In this document: piece after piece, positions 28,631-37,054 of the stretch | Layout of the letters: every line of letters starts with the position of its first letter | Numbering within the stretch: position 1 is the first letter of the stretch | Source: a virus | Taxonomy: Duplodnaviria; Caudoviricetes | Strand: one strand, 5' to 3' | Virus record (IMG/VR): IMGVR_UViG_3300017766_005395 | Span: 1-48,863 of that record | Length of the DNA: 48,863 bases | Position numbers and translations under genes: made by a program | Notes under the pieces: generated by a model | What the model saw: the letters and a program-made list of their open reading frames with translations, nothing else | Database searches by the model: none | Told to the model about the DNA's origin: nothing

Positions 28631-28863
28631 GCACCGTCATCCCGTCTCCACAGGGCATGGAGCTGCTCGACTGGGCTTCTCAGGTGACAGACGCGCTCGC
28701 TCAGTTCGGTCCGTTTGGCCGGTTGAACGACTCCGACGGCTGGCAAAGATGGGGCGTCGCGCTGCTCGGCCCGGTCTCGCTCGGCGGCTACACCCTGGCA
28801 GACCCGTACGGATTCAGCCGCTGGCAGGACTGGGCGGATTCAGTTTACAAGGAGCTTTCATGA
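28627..28863 (+). CDS. small Trp-rich hypothetical protein (78 aa)
   Basis: GTG at 28627 overlaps the upstream stop; DWA...WQRW...DPYGFSRWQDWA. Confidence 0.65.
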   Translation: MSTVIPSPQGMELLDWASQVTDALAQFGPFGRLNDSDGWQRWGVALLGPVSLGGYTLADPYGFSRWQDWADSVYKELS

Positions 28864-30269
28864 CGCACAAAGTCACAATCCGATTGCGCGGCCTCGGGGA
28901 AGGTTGGAACGAGCCCGCCTATTACGCCGAAGGCGGCCGGGTGTCCCCGCTGGAGACCGCTGCTCAAAAGGTGCGCGCAGCCGGGCGTCACGACGACGAG
29001 GTGCTGGTGCACGTCAATCACGACGAGTTCGAGAAGATGCGCCAGATGTGGGGCGATCCGATGATGAATCCGAAGACCGGAGTGCCGGAGTGGGGATTCA
29101 TGGACTCGCTCAAGAAAGTGCTGCGCAAGGCCGCGCCGATTCTGAGCGTGGCTTCTCTGATTCCCGGCCTGCAATTCCTTTCTCCGTTAGCCGCCATCGG
29201 CAAAGGGGTAGGCGCGGTAACCGGGCTCGGCGCTCTGGCCTCCAACACAATCGCGGGCGCGGCCCTCGGCGGCATCACCGGCGGCAAGCGCGGCGCTGTG
29301 ATGGGCGGCGTTGGCGGGTTCGCCGGGGCTCCGAGCTCCAACGGCAAGACCCCTTCCGAGTGGCTGGGCAGCAAGGTGTTGGGTAGCGGATCTGCGGAAA
29401 CGCAAGCTATGATCGGCCGTGGGATCCTCGGCGCGGGCTCCTCAGCGCTTGCCGGGCGCGATCCGCTCACAGGAGCGGCCACAGCAGCCATGATCGGCGG
29501 GATGACCGACCGACTTCAAGACTCCAACTTGCTGCGCCAAACGCTGGGCAGCAACCCAGCCCTGCAGCAAGGCGCTCTGGGCGCTCTACGCGGCGCCGAG
29601 TTGGCCGCCACGACCGGGGGCGACTACAAGCGCGGAGCGATTCTGGGCGGCGCAACAGGGGCCGCGAACGCGGCGGTGCAGCGCTTCTCTGGCGAGAAAT
29701 ACCTGCAGCCCGAATTCATGGGACCGACCAACCCAGAGCTGCAGCCGACGGCCGCCGCCTCCATAACGCAGATGGCGTCGGACCCCTCTTTGACCACGAC
29801 CCCAGAGATGTTCGCAAACTACAAAACCAAGGGCGAAGCGATCGCTGCGCTCGGAGGCTCTCCTGATCAGCGCGAAGTGATGGACGCTCTCAGCGGGTTC
29901 ACTGCTTGCGACGCCTCTGGGGACTTCGGTTCTTGTCTCGCTCAAAATTGGGGCTCCTTCATGAGCGGATTGCGCAGCAGCGCCCCAACGCTGCGTCTCG
30001 CTGCTGGTGGCCAGCCCTCCTCGATGCACGTGAGCGCCGGGAGCGGAGACGGACAGGATGACTTCGTGGACGCAAAGCTGTCGGTGGACGAGTACGTTCT
30101 GCCGGCGGACGTGGTCAGCGCGGTGGGCAGCGGCTCTTCACAGGCCGGCGCTCGCGCTCTGGACGGCTTTGTGCAAACGGTGCGCAGCGAATACCGCTCC
30201 ACGCACCCCTCTGAATTACCTCCCAAGGCGCGCTCGCCTCTGGAGTACTTGATGGCTGGAGGAGCGTAA
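28860..30269 (+). CDS. probable ejection/internal virion protein
   Basis: AAGGAG RBS, ATG at 28860; Gly/Ala-rich hydrophobic middle flanked by GRHDDEVLVH..NPKTGVPE and GDGQDD..AKLS.DEYVLPADVVS domains. Confidence 0.65.
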   Translation: MTHKVTIRLRGLGEGWNEPAYYAEGGRVSPLETAAQKVRAAGRHDDEVLVHVNHDEFEKMRQMWGDPMMNPKTGVPEWGFMDSLKKVLRKAAPILSVASLIPGLQFLSPLAAIGKGVGAVTGLGALASNTIAGAALGGITGGKRGAVMGGVGGFAGAPSSNGKTPSEWLGSKVLGSGSAETQAMIGRGILGAGSSALAGRDPLTGAATAAMIGGMTDRLQDSNLLRQTLGSNPALQQGALGALRGAELAATTGGDYKRGAILGGATGAANAAVQRFSGEKYLQPEFMGPTNPELQPTAAASITQMASDPSLTTTPEMFANYKTKGEAIAALGGSPDQREVMDALSGFTACDASGDFGSCLAQNWGSFMSGLRSSAPTLRLAAGGQPSSMHVSAGSGDGQDDFVDAKLSVDEYVLPADVVSAVGSGSSQAGARALDGFVQTVRSEYRSTHPSELPPKARSPLEYLMAGGA

Positions 30270-30270
30270 C

Positions 30271-31344
30271 ATGGCAGGACTTTTTGAAGGGATCCCGACC
30301 GCGTCGCCCACAGGCGGCACATCGACCACGGAAACGCCAAAGTGGTTCCAGGACTTGTCTTATCAGCAGATGATGGCTGCGAGGGCCGCAGCTGACGCTC
30401 CGTTCCAGCAGTACACTTTGCCACGAGTCGCCGCGCTGACCCCAGACCAGCAAGCGGCGCAAGGCGCAACACGGATGAATGTGGGCGCGTGGCAGCCTTC
30501 GTTCAACGCGGCGACCACCGGCACTCAAGACCTGACCGGAGCGACGGCTGGATTCACGCAAGGCATGAACACGATGACCGGCGCCGGGGCCACCAGCGCG
30601 CTGAACACAGCACGGCCCAACTTCACCGCCGCCGGGGCAACTTCGGTGGCGGGCATCGATCAGTACATGAACCCGTACAACACGCAAGTGACCGACAGAA
30701 TCGCGCAGCTCGGCGCGCGCAACCTGAGCGAAAATCTGTTGCCAGCGGTCTCTGATCAGTTCGTGAACGCAGGGCAATTCGGCGGTTCGCGAATGGGCGA
30801 ATTCGGAGCGCGTGCGTTGCGTGACACACAAGAGTCTGTTCTCGGCCAACAGGCAGGAGTTCTGCAAACCGGATACGGACAGGCGATGGACGCCTCCCAA
30901 ACCGACTTGTCGCGTCAGTTGGCGCTTGGCAGCGCAACGGGCAGCCTCGCTACCTCGGACGCCTCGCGCGCTCTGACCGCCGGACAGAACATCGCGTCCA
31001 CAGCGGGCAGCGAAGCGCTGCGCCGCCAAGGCGCGCTCCAACAGATGGCCGATTTGGGACAGACACAACAAGGAATGCACGTGCAAGACGCGGCCGCGCT
31101 GGACGCGGTTGGCCAGAGCAACCAGATACAGCAGCAGCGCACTTTGGACTCCGCCTATCAGTCCTGGATGGACAACCAAAACTACCCCAAGCAGCAGCTG
31201 GACTGGCTCCAAGCGCAGCTCAAAGGCACAGGCCAGTACGTGCCTACGACCAGCACGTCCAAAGGGTACACGACCGAATTCCAGAACTCGCCGCTCTCGC
31301 AGTTGGCCTCTGGGTATTTCGCCATCAAAGGACTCACCAACTGA
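30271..31344 (+). CDS. probable ejection (DNA transfer/pilot) protein
   Basis: Q/A/T-rich; QYMNPY..QV, AGQFGGSR and QNYPKQQL motifs typical of podovirus DNA-transfer proteins. Confidence 0.65.
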   Translation: MAGLFEGIPTASPTGGTSTTETPKWFQDLSYQQMMAARAAADAPFQQYTLPRVAALTPDQQAAQGATRMNVGAWQPSFNAATTGTQDLTGATAGFTQGMNTMTGAGATSALNTARPNFTAAGATSVAGIDQYMNPYNTQVTDRIAQLGARNLSENLLPAVSDQFVNAGQFGGSRMGEFGARALRDTQESVLGQQAGVLQTGYGQAMDASQTDLSRQLALGSATGSLATSDASRALTAGQNIASTAGSEALRRQGALQQMADLGQTQQGMHVQDAAALDAVGQSNQIQQQRTLDSAYQSWMDNQNYPKQQLDWLQAQLKGTGQYVPTTSTSKGYTTEFQNSPLSQLASGYFAIKGLTN

Positions 31345-31353
31345 GGGTAAACC

Positions 31354-33585
31354 ATGTCTTTCGGCGGAATCAGAGAAGACTACACAGAAGGACAACAACC
31401 AGACGCCGACGTGTACTTGGGGGCTGATCCTCGCGGCCCCGGAGCGATCACCGGCACGCCCAGCACCGCAGGCACAGCGGGAGCTTCTCAACAGCCATTG
31501 GCCGGGGGCGCCGCGCCGGTCTCCTACGGCTACGAGCTGGCGGAGCTGCTCCGTCGGTACGGAGTGACGAGCCCCTCGAACTCGGGCGCCCAACCGATGT
31601 ACCGAGAAGCGGTCGCCTCAGCTCCGATGTACGACATCCCGAGCGGCGGGAATGCGCTGTATGAAAAATACCTCGGCAACACGATGTACGGCGACCCGAA
31701 GATGCACGCGCTGTCACGCGGCATCGGCGACCCAGAAAGCAACCCGCGCGGATTGTACGACGCCGCGCAGAGGCACGGTTGGACGGGATCGCAACTGGAC
31801 AACGCTTGGGGCTATGCGCCCGGAAGCGCGGATCTGTACGCGTCCACCAACTCGCTCGCTCCTCTGCGTAGTGGCGGAGCTCGGCCTTGGGCGCAACCCG
31901 CTGCGCAATCTTCTCCGTTGCCGCCTGCAGCGCAGTTGCCGACGACGCCCGCTCCACGCCCTCCAACGCAACAAGTGCCGCCAGTGCAGGTCGGGCCTGC
32001 CATTCCTCCTGGCTACGCGCTTCCTGTTCCCGTGGGCTCGACTCCGCCCGTCCAGATAAGGCCTGCTGGCCCTGTTGGCCCTGTTGGCCCTGTTGGCCCT
32101 GTTGGCCCTGTTGGCCCGACTCCTCCAGTGGTGACGCCCCCTCCAGTGGTGACGCCCCCTCCAGTGGTGACTCCAGAACAACAAGAGTGGAGAGAGAATT
32201 ATCAACCGGCCTACACGGAACAACCGACGATTGCGCAAGACAACAGCGACCCGCTGGCGTTCTACACAAAGCAAACCGGCGGCACAGTGGACTTGGGCGA
32301 CGATTATCTGACGGACATCCAGAACTTGGTCACTCATATGAAGCAAGACGGACAAGGCGGCGGCGCAGGTGAAATCAGCACCGGCGAAGCAAGTTACCTG
32401 CTGGAGATGGCTCAGAAATACAACATCAGCCCCGATCAGTTGGCGGGGATGTACGGCGAGGGACTGACGGGAGCCGACGTCGCGGCCGCGTACAAGGACT
32501 CATTCCCCAACTTCGGCTACAATTACCTCAACACCAACGGGTATGCAGAGGGAGGCCGAGTCACGCCCGGCGACGACGAGCTGGCTCAGCTGCTCACGCG
32601 GTACATGAATCCGGAAACGGTCCCCGAGGACGAGCTGGCCAACGCAGAGCAAGGGATGGACGCGGCCTTGCGCCGCTCCATGGAAAGCCAAACCAGCGCG
32701 CGCCCGAGCAAGGCGGAGATTTACTGGCGGCTCGCGCAGGCATTCGCGCAGCCCACCAAGACAGGCGCGTTCGGCGAAACGCTCGGCAACGCCTCTGGCG
32801 CCATGGCGGAAGTCTCTGCCTCCGAGCGCGAAGCCGAGTTGGCAGAGCGAGCGGCACGCAGCCGAGGCGAGATCCTGCTGGCGCAGGAAGGGGTGCGCCG
32901 CGCCTCTGACCGCCGCACTCGCTCTGACGACGCGCTCAACAGCGCAGGCTCTGCCGCGATGGACTTGATCCGCGCTCGAGAGCAGCGCGACGTCACCAGC
33001 GCAACGCCGTCCAGCACCGCAGGACGCCAAGCTGCGGACGAGGGGCTTGCAACCGGAACCCCAGAGTTCTCCGCCCGAGTGCGCGAGATTGCAGAACAGG
33101 CGCGCCCGGCCAACACACGCCCGCCACAATCGATGAGCGCTGCAGAAACGCGCGCGTTGCTGGAAACGGAAGACGCCGTTCTGGCGGGCGAGCTAGCGAT
33201 AGAGTCGTTGGGCGCAGCGCTAGCCATCAATGATGACGTGTTCGATGCGTCGATGGGCGACACGGCCAAGCGCCTCTGGCTAGAGGCCACGCGCCCCTCT
33301 GACCCGAGAGTGGTGGCCACGCGCAACCAAGAAAATCTGCTGAACACGCAAGCGCTGGCTCAACTGCGAGCCACGTTCGGCGCTGCGCCGACCGAAGGCG
33401 AGCGAGCCATCCTGCTGGAGATTCAAGGCATGGGCGCCAAGTCGCTGGAGGAGCGCAAGTTGATCATGGAGCGGGCAATGGCCGCAGCAGCGCGCAGGCT
33501 CGAAGCCAGCAAGGCGCGGATCGAGTCGCTGCGCGGCGGCGAATACCGCCGGTACTCTCTGGATGAGCCGGAGGTGCTGCAATGA
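31354..33585 (+). CDS. probable ejection/internal virion protein with Pro-rich linker
   Basis: 743 aa; Pro-rich and GPV repeats; helical C-terminal half with LRATFGAAPTEGERAIL. Confidence 0.6.
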   Translation: MSFGGIREDYTEGQQPDADVYLGADPRGPGAITGTPSTAGTAGASQQPLAGGAAPVSYGYELAELLRRYGVTSPSNSGAQPMYREAVASAPMYDIPSGGNALYEKYLGNTMYGDPKMHALSRGIGDPESNPRGLYDAAQRHGWTGSQLDNAWGYAPGSADLYASTNSLAPLRSGGARPWAQPAAQSSPLPPAAQLPTTPAPRPPTQQVPPVQVGPAIPPGYALPVPVGSTPPVQIRPAGPVGPVGPVGPVGPVGPTPPVVTPPPVVTPPPVVTPEQQEWRENYQPAYTEQPTIAQDNSDPLAFYTKQTGGTVDLGDDYLTDIQNLVTHMKQDGQGGGAGEISTGEASYLLEMAQKYNISPDQLAGMYGEGLTGADVAAAYKDSFPNFGYNYLNTNGYAEGGRVTPGDDELAQLLTRYMNPETVPEDELANAEQGMDAALRRSMESQTSARPSKAEIYWRLAQAFAQPTKTGAFGETLGNASGAMAEVSASEREAELAERAARSRGEILLAQEGVRRASDRRTRSDDALNSAGSAAMDLIRAREQRDVTSATPSSTAGRQAADEGLATGTPEFSARVREIAEQARPANTRPPQSMSAAETRALLETEDAVLAGELAIESLGAALAINDDVFDASMGDTAKRLWLEATRPSDPRVVATRNQENLLNTQALAQLRATFGAAPTEGERAILLEIQGMGAKSLEERKLIMERAMAAAARRLEASKARIESLRGGEYRRYSLDEPEVLQ
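32068..32172 (+). repeat. perfect 9-bp x5 (GGCCCTGTT) and 18-bp x~2.8 (CCTCCAGTGGTGACGCCC) tandem repeats
   Basis: Read directly; encode (GPV)5 and (PPVVTP)n. Confidence 0.95.
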
Positions 33586-35507
33586 GCGCGAAGAACTATC
33601 TGCGTGCCGCGCTGGGCCAAGGCGTCGGGATGGGCTGGGGCGACGAGGCGGAAGCTTGGTTGCGGTCGCGCATGGACGATCAAGATTACTCCGCCGTTCT
33701 GGATCAGATTCGCCGCGAGTACGGCGACTTTGCCGAAGAGAATCCATGGGGCGCCGGCCTAGCAGAATTCGGAGGCGCGGCATTGCCCGGCGCTGCGATG
33801 ATGTTGCTGCCCGGCGGCCAACCGGCGGCGATGGGGATATTTGGGCGCGCTGTGGGCGCAGGCGCGCTTTCGGGCGCTGTCTCAGGGGCTGGCACAGCCG
33901 AAGAGGAGTCGCGCGCTAGCGGAGCGCTCCTGGGTGGCACGGCAGGCGCGGCGATCGGGGCAGCGATTCCTGCTGTTGGACGCAGCGCCTCTGAAGGCAT
34001 GGACTGGCTCCGCCAGCGCATTCGCCCCTCGGACGCCGTGGTGCAACGAGCCGCCTCTCAGCGGATGAATCGCGCGATGCAACACTCTCAGCTCACTCCG
34101 CAAGATCTGCTCAACCAAAATCGCATGGACATCACCTTGGGGGTGCCGGGCATCGCGGCGAACGCTTCGCCCGAACTCGCCAAGCTCGCCGAACAAGTTG
34201 CGCAGCGCGCGGGGGCCGGCTCCGCTCAATTGGAGCGCTCCATCGTTGCGCAAGGACGCGGCTCACGCGGCCGGGTCGACGACCAAGCGCGTGCCGCTCT
34301 GCGACCGGGTAATTACTACGCCGACGAGGAACAGCTGGTCTCCGAGCTGCGCGACAAGGCCAAAGACCTTTACGGCGCCGCCTACGCGTACGGAGAGGTC
34401 GACGACCCGCGAATAATGCAGGTGCTCTCCAAGCCGCAGTTCCGAGGCTTCTATGACCAAGCGCGCAAGATCGCCGACTTGGAAGCCACGGCCGCCGGGT
34501 TGCGCGGGGAAGATCCTTCGTCCTTTGCGCTGCGCGAGATCTACCGCGAGAGCGCGGAGCCCGACCCGGCCGCCATCGCTGCTATGCGCGCTATGGGCAT
34601 GGACGACGCGACGATCGCTCGATACGCCTCCGACATCCCGCGCAGCAGCGAGCTGATTTCGATTCCTGACGTGCGCACGCTGGACTACATCAAGCGCGGC
34701 ATGGACGCGGCAATCGAGTCCGGCTTCAAAGGTCAAGGCATGAGCACTGCGGAGGCCAAGGCGCTCCGCGACGTGCGCAAGGAATTTGTGAATGCGCTGG
34801 ACGAGAATGTGCCGGATTACAAGACTGCACGCGCCGGGTATGCCGGCGACATGGAAGTGCTCGACGCGCTGCGCGCCGGGATGAACGACTTCAATGCGAT
34901 GGACCACGAGCAGGTGCAGCAGATGGTGCGTGGAATGTCCACGGCCGAGTTGGACGCCTACCGCACAGGGGTCTCACGGCACTTGTACGCGCAAACCATG
35001 GATCCGTCCAACAACTTCGACGCCGCCAAGCGCATCGTCAACTCGCCCGAAACAATGCAAAAGCTGCGCCCGCTGTTCAAGAACGAGTCTGAATTCGGGT
35101 TGTTCACAGCGGCGCTAGAGCGGGAGTCGGAGATTTTCCGGCAAGCAGGCAAGATTCTGGGCGGCTCACAAACCTCTATGCGAGCGCAGATGCGCGAAGA
35201 GTTCGAACGCGACCCGGTGGGCAGCGCGGCGCACGACCTGATCCAAGGAGGGGTGGACAGCACCCTGACCGGGCTGGTGTTGCGCGCAATCCGCTCGGCG
35301 AGCGTCACAGAACCGATCGCCGAGCGGTTGGGCAAGATGTTGAGCGCTGGCACCCCGGACGAGATTGCGGCCGTGGTGACGGCGCTGGAGTCGGCCGCGC
35401 AAGCCGGGCAAAGGCGAGCGGTGCAAGCCGGGACGCGCGAGCTCGGGGCGATCACTGGCGCGGCAGGTTCACACTGGCCCGCTCCTCAGCCTTCTGAAGA
35501 AGAGTAA
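33582..35507 (+). CDS. probable large ejection protein
   Basis: 641 aa helical; N-terminal GQG.G.GWGDEAEA and Gly/Ala hydrophobic segments; last gene of the + strand operon. Confidence 0.6.
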   Translation: MSAKNYLRAALGQGVGMGWGDEAEAWLRSRMDDQDYSAVLDQIRREYGDFAEENPWGAGLAEFGGAALPGAAMMLLPGGQPAAMGIFGRAVGAGALSGAVSGAGTAEEESRASGALLGGTAGAAIGAAIPAVGRSASEGMDWLRQRIRPSDAVVQRAASQRMNRAMQHSQLTPQDLLNQNRMDITLGVPGIAANASPELAKLAEQVAQRAGAGSAQLERSIVAQGRGSRGRVDDQARAALRPGNYYADEEQLVSELRDKAKDLYGAAYAYGEVDDPRIMQVLSKPQFRGFYDQARKIADLEATAAGLRGEDPSSFALREIYRESAEPDPAAIAAMRAMGMDDATIARYASDIPRSSELISIPDVRTLDYIKRGMDAAIESGFKGQGMSTAEAKALRDVRKEFVNALDENVPDYKTARAGYAGDMEVLDALRAGMNDFNAMDHEQVQQMVRGMSTAELDAYRTGVSRHLYAQTMDPSNNFDAAKRIVNSPETMQKLRPLFKNESEFGLFTAALERESEIFRQAGKILGGSQTSMRAQMREEFERDPVGSAAHDLIQGGVDSTLTGLVLRAIRSASVTEPIAERLGKMLSAGTPDEIAAVVTALESAAQAGQRRAVQAGTRELGAITGAAGSHWPAPQPSEEE

Positions 35508-35731
35508 TCCAGCACGGCCAGCTGCGTCGCGAAGAGCAGCCCGGCCGCGTGCGCTCGGGTGAAGGGCTCAACTCCGAACGCCTTGTAGGCCACTGGGCCC
35601 TCCTCGCGCTCCAGAACGACCACGCAACGCACCGCGTGCTCCTCGTCGCCGCTTTCTAGCTTGTCCGCCAACAACCGCAGCGAAGCCGCTACGGCTGTCA
35701 ACTTGTAGCGCGGAAACTGCGAGACGCTCAC
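35486..35731 (-). CDS. hypothetical protein (81 aa)
   Basis: GAGGAG RBS and GTG at 35731; LRLLADKLESG motif; converges on and overlaps the + strand gene end by 22 nt. Confidence 0.6.
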   Translation of the reverse strand: MSVSQFPRYKLTAVAASLRLLADKLESGDEEHAVRCVVVLEREEGPVAYKAFGVEPFTRAHAAGLLFATQLAVLDYSSSEG

Positions 35732-35901
35732 GAAAAGCTCCTCACCGGCAACGCGGCGCTCAGGTGCCAGTTTCCGCACACCGAGCACGCTTCCGGCACC
35801 CGGTGCACCCCTCGGCACCGAGCGACAGACGCGGAAGCGGCGCGAGCCGCCTCCAAGGTCTTGAATTGCCGCCTCGGCGAGCACGCGGGTGCGCCGCTCA
35901 C
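35728..35901 (-). CDS. small CxxC-WH protein (57 aa)
   Basis: MSGAPACSPRRQFKTLEAA...CSVCGNWHL; GTGA overlaps at both ends; not in the ORF track. Confidence 0.6.
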   Translation of the reverse strand: MSGAPACSPRRQFKTLEAARAASASVARCRGVHRVPEACSVCGNWHLSAALPVRSFS

Positions 35902-36206
35902 AACAGCAACACCAGCAGGTCTTGCGGGCTGAGTTGAGGCTTGTTCTGTTCTCCGGCGTTGTCCAGCGCTTCCCGGAGCATCGAGTTGCGCATCTCGTTC
36001 TGCGCGCGCTTCGCCGCCGTGTCGATCGCTGTCCCGTAAATGCGCCCTTCTGCCGGAGCTTGCTGCAGAGCCACGTGCCGCTCGTAGTCCTCTCTTGCAA
36101 GATTGGCCTCCGGCCGCATGGCGATGCCGCCGAGCCCTATGTAAGCTTGGCCTGTGCTCACGAGGGTCCCCATCCCCTGATCATACGCTGTCGTTATCGC
36201 CATCAC
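35898..36206 (-). CDS. hypothetical protein
   Basis: AAGGAGG RBS; packed between neighbours. Confidence 0.55.
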   Translation of the reverse strand: MMAITTAYDQGMGTLVSTGQAYIGLGGIAMRPEANLAREDYERHVALQQAPAEGRIYGTAIDTAAKRAQNEMRNSMLREALDNAGEQNKPQLSPQDLLVLLL

Positions 36207-36513
36207 CGACCTCCTTCGCGCGCTTCGCCGGCTCAGGGAACAGCTCAGACACGAGCCGGGTGATCTGCGTCTTGCGGCGCTCCTTCAGCTCGAAGGTGTC
36301 GATCTTGGCGGCGATCTTGTTGAAGTCCAGCTCCTTTTGCGTGCAGAGGGTGTGGATTTCAGACTCGATCGTCGCCATCTCTTCTTCGAGCCGGCAAAGC
36401 TCCAAGTCGGCGCGCGCCTTGGCAGAGCGGGCGCGGATGGGCGCGAGCGCCTCGTCGATTTTTTCAGCGGTCATCGCCAAAATGGCGCGGTAAGGTTTCA
36501 GATTGAAAGCCAC
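36181..36513 (-). CDS. coiled-coil hypothetical protein (110 aa)
   Basis: AAGGAG RBS and GTG at 36513; LKPYRAILAM..EKIDEALAPIRA...ELFP. Confidence 0.65.
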   Translation of the reverse strand: MAFNLKPYRAILAMTAEKIDEALAPIRARSAKARADLELCRLEEEMATIESEIHTLCTQKELDFNKIAAKIDTFELKERRKTQITRLVSELFPEPAKRAKEVGDGDNDSV

Positions 36514-36676
36514 GGTAATTCTCCTTTGTGGTAGACGGGTTGTTGTTTCATTGTTCTTGCAAGAGCTAGCCGGGAAGCTCGGAGGGCTAGCGCTCCTTTT
36601 TGCCATCGCATCCGCTGAGGGCGAGTCCGGGGTTGCCACCGGCGCCAGCGCCCTCGAGAGAAGAGGACTCGGACGA

Positions 36677-37054
36677 TCACTTCAGCATCCCCAAGACCAC
36701 CGCGCGGAAGATGTAGTCTTTCGCTTGTTGTTCACGCGGCAGATCATTGAACGGAACTATGCAAGGGTGCGTCTTGGCCTGCGCGTCTTTCACGGGGCCG
36801 TACCCCCAGCCGTCAGCGAGCTTCTCCGCCATCCAAGCCGCGTGACTCGCTTCCGGCCCGTGATCGCCGCTGGCGTGCAGCACCACCCCGTTGAACGCGC
36901 TCTTTTGTTGCCACTCCGGCGCGTCTTCCCAAGCCGGCTGAGACAAGTCCCCCAGAGCCGCGCAGTAAGCGCGGTTGACCTCGTGAGCGACGCGCGCCAC
37001 CTGCTGAATGGCGATGGAACTGAAAATTGACGACAATGGAATTTCTGGGGTCAT
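36677..37054 (-). CDS. RyR-domain protein
   Basis: ARVAHEVNRAYC...SHAAWMAEKLADGWGYGPVKD...KTHPCIVPFNDLP..Q..KD matches the RyR repeat signature. Confidence 0.85.
   Translation of the reverse strand: MTPEIPLSSIFSSIAIQQVARVAHEVNRAYCAALGDLSQPAWEDAPEWQQKSAFNGVVLHASGDHGPEASHAAWMAEKLADGWGYGPVKDAQAKTHPCIVPFNDLPREQQAKDYIFRAVVLGMLK

Noticed and set aside
28554-28859. Extended N-termini given by the ORF track (e.g. 28554, 28246, 23224, 23681, 2179, 36100, 36639, 38944, 44841)
   Set aside because: They overlap upstream genes; downstream starts with RBS or 4-nt stop/start overlaps are more plausible and were used.
36498-36680. 60-aa Arg-rich ORF, or a hairpin/terminator (GCTAGCC...GGCTAGC followed by a T-run, ~36565-36601), in the gap upstream of 36513
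   Set aside because: Both readings are possible (GTGA overlap versus imperfect stem) and I cannot discriminate, so neither is called.
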